DNA of 47,670 nucleotides from a virus (lineage: Duplodnaviria; Caudoviricetes). Shown one piece after another: positions 45,905 through 47,670 of this stretch (positions are counted from its first letter, which is position 1; every line of letters starts with the position of its first letter). The translations under genes and the position numbers were made by a program. The notes under the pieces were generated by a model. That model was not told the origin of the DNA, did no database searches, and saw nothing but the letters and a program-made list of their open reading frames with translations. The stretch spans positions 1 through 47,670 of the IMG/VR virus record IMGVR_UViG_3300022178_005855; one strand, given 5' to 3'.

Positions 45905-47670
45905 GAAAGACGATGACATTAATGCACATGTTGAGAAAGTTAAATTAATTCGTGAAGCTTCTAAAAGTTTAAGTGATTACAATAAACTTTTAAACGAAAC
46001 TAAAGAATTACAATCTAATATAAATTTTATTACAGGGAAACGTACTGCTTTAAATGAAAAATTAGAAAAACAGGAGGCAATTTTACTTGCGATGAAAGCC
46101 AAGGGTAGTAAGGTTAGTCAAGGCGAAATTGATAAAAAAGAACGTTTAATTACTCATAAAAAAACTGAGATTGAACTTCTTGATGAGGATATTATTAAAG
46201 CTCAAAAAAGGTTAAATATTCATGAAGATGCTGTTAAAGAAGTTAAATTATTAGCGGTTACATTCAAAGACGTTGGTAAACAAGTTGGTAATTTAGGTAA
46301 GAAACTTGTTAAACAAAGTGGTTATTTATTAGACCAACAAAAAGCTGTTAAAGAAACCGAACTTTCAATGGGAGTTCTTTCTAACCAAGCTAATGGTTTT
46401 AGAAATAACATTTATAAATCTTCTATTACTACAACAGCTATTGGTGTTGGTACTGCTGATTTGGCTAAAATTCAAGGTAGATATAGTGATAATATAGGTA
46501 GGGGTGTTCAATTATCTGAAGAGCAATTAATTGCTATGGGTGAATTGGCTAAAGGTACTGTTTTAGGTGTTGAAGGTGCTGCTGAATTTGCAGCGGAAAT
46601 GGATAGTTTTAATATTTCCGCTAAAGGTAGTGCTGATTTAGTTGAAGATATGTTACATACTTCACATAAAATGGGTGTTAGTAGTGGTAAAGTAATTAAA
46701 AATGTTCAGAAGAACATTAAATTACTTCACAAATACAATTTTAAAGGTGGTGTTAAGGGTTTAACAAAAATGGCGGCATTAGCTACTAAATTTAAGTTTG
46801 AAATGAGTTCTATTGCTAATTTCGCTGAAAATCTTATCACACCTGAAGGTGCTGTAGAAGCTGCGGCTAAATTACAAGTTTTAGGTGGTGCTTGGGCTCA
46901 ACTAGGGGACCCCTTTGAATTAATGTATAGAAGTAGAAATGATATGGCTGGTTTAACCGAAGATATTATTAATGCTACTAAACAAACTGCAAAATTTAAC
47001 GATGTCACAGGTGAGGTTTCTATCGACCCAATGGAGTTGCATAGGTTAAGGGAAGTTGCAAACGCCACTGGATTAGAATTTGAAAGTTTAGCTCAATCTG
47101 CTAAAATGGCCGCTAAATTCGCTAAAATAGAGGGTGGTATGTCAAGTATTTTTGATAAAGACGATAAAACATTTTTATCAGGTTTAGCTAATTGGGATGA
47201 AGATGATAAGGAATTTAAGGTTAAAATGCGAGTAGGTGATGAAATGGTTGAAGAAAGTGTTAATGCACTTAAAAAGATAACTCCTGAAATTGTTAAATCT
47301 CAAATGGAATATCAACAAACCCTTAAGAAAAATGCTGAACAATCGATGACCTTTGCTGAAAGATGGGAAGGTTTAGAAAATATGTTTAGGTCTGTATTAT
47401 TACCAGGCTTTGAAGCATTTGCAAATGCTTTAGAAAATAGTATAGGGGACTTCCATAAATGGGCTATTGAAAGTGGAATCACTGATAAGTTAGTTGATTT
47501 TGGTAAATGGGTTGGTGAATTAGCTGGTACTATTGTTAAATTTATAGCTAATAACCCAATTACAAGTGCTCTAACTTTAGGTGCTGGGTATTTAGTTGGT
47601 AAAGCAGCTATGTGGATAGCTAATGGTAGACTATTAAGAACAGGGTTTAATTTAGGGGGACCTATGGGTG
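45897..47670 (+). CDS. Tape measure protein (3'-truncated, not in ORF track)
   Basis: ATG at 45897 (MAKKDDDINAHVEKVKLIRE...) and the frame stays open to the window end. Helical, A/K/E/G-rich (GVKGLTKMAALA, PEGAVEAAAKLQVLGG...LGDPFELM), downstream of tube and chaperone. Confidence 0.85.
   Translation, partial: MAKKDDDINAHVEKVKLIREASKSLSDYNKLLNETKELQSNINFITGKRTALNEKLEKQEAILLAMKAKGSKVSQGEIDKKERLITHKKTEIELLDEDIIKAQKRLNIHEDAVKEVKLLAVTFKDVGKQVGNLGKKLVKQSGYLLDQQKAVKETELSMGVLSNQANGFRNNIYKSSITTTAIGVGTADLAKIQGRYSDNIGRGVQLSEEQLIAMGELAKGTVLGVEGAAEFAAEMDSFNISAKGSADLVEDMLHTSHKMGVSSGKVIKNVQKNIKLLHKYNFKGGVKGLTKMAALATKFKFEMSSIANFAENLITPEGAVEAAAKLQVLGGAWAQLGDPFELMYRSRNDMAGLTEDIINATKQTAKFNDVTGEVSIDPMELHRLREVANATGLEFESLAQSAKMAAKFAKIEGGMSSIFDKDDKTFLSGLANWDEDDKEFKVKMRVGDEMVEESVNALKKITPEIVKSQMEYQQTLKKNAEQSMTFAERWEGLENMFRSVLLPGFEAFANALENSIGDFHKWAIESGITDKLVDFGKWVGELAGTIVKFIANNPITSALTLGAGYLVGKAAMWIANGRLLRTGFNLGGPMG

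Noticed and set aside
1-47670. Stop-codon reassignment
   Set aside because: Long genes are intact under code 11, and TAG stops fall at sensible gene boundaries (14712, 20221, 43254, 44636).
1-47670. tRNA genes, integrase or transposase
   Set aside because: No cloverleaf or recombinase/transposase motif was recognised, and intergenic gaps are short and otherwise explained.

Overview
AT-rich segment of a large contractile-tailed (myovirus/jumbo-type) phage, covering virion morphogenesis. It holds a giant repeat fibre gene running off the left edge (>3400 aa, about 45 shuffled repeats), more fibre/structural genes, T4-like neck (gp13/gp14-like) and two tandem tail-completion genes, tail sheath, tail tube, a gp26/gp51-like pair and a tape measure gene running off the right edge. 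An inverted block encodes family B DNA polymerase, glutaredoxin and a SNF2 helicase. Genes lack Shine-Dalgarno motifs and have A-rich leaders, suggesting a Bacteroidota host (inference). A TATTTAT(A/T) box precedes most structural genes and is the likely late promoter. The most striking item is a ~75-nt three-hairpin element after the tail tube (41926-41997) that is complementary to conserved helices 69-71 of 23S rRNA in permuted order. Other items: an unannotated ribbon-helix-helix gene with operator-like repeats facing the sheath gene, three tandem genes sharing an MRRxDKK leader, a probable +1 frameshift in the hub/chaperone pair, a promoter box in the loop of a perfect 16-bp palindrome, a three-copy mosaic fibre domain, and a [ST]-G-x-T motif pervading virion proteins near a GT32 glycosyltransferase. 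All family calls come from motif recognition, not database searches.
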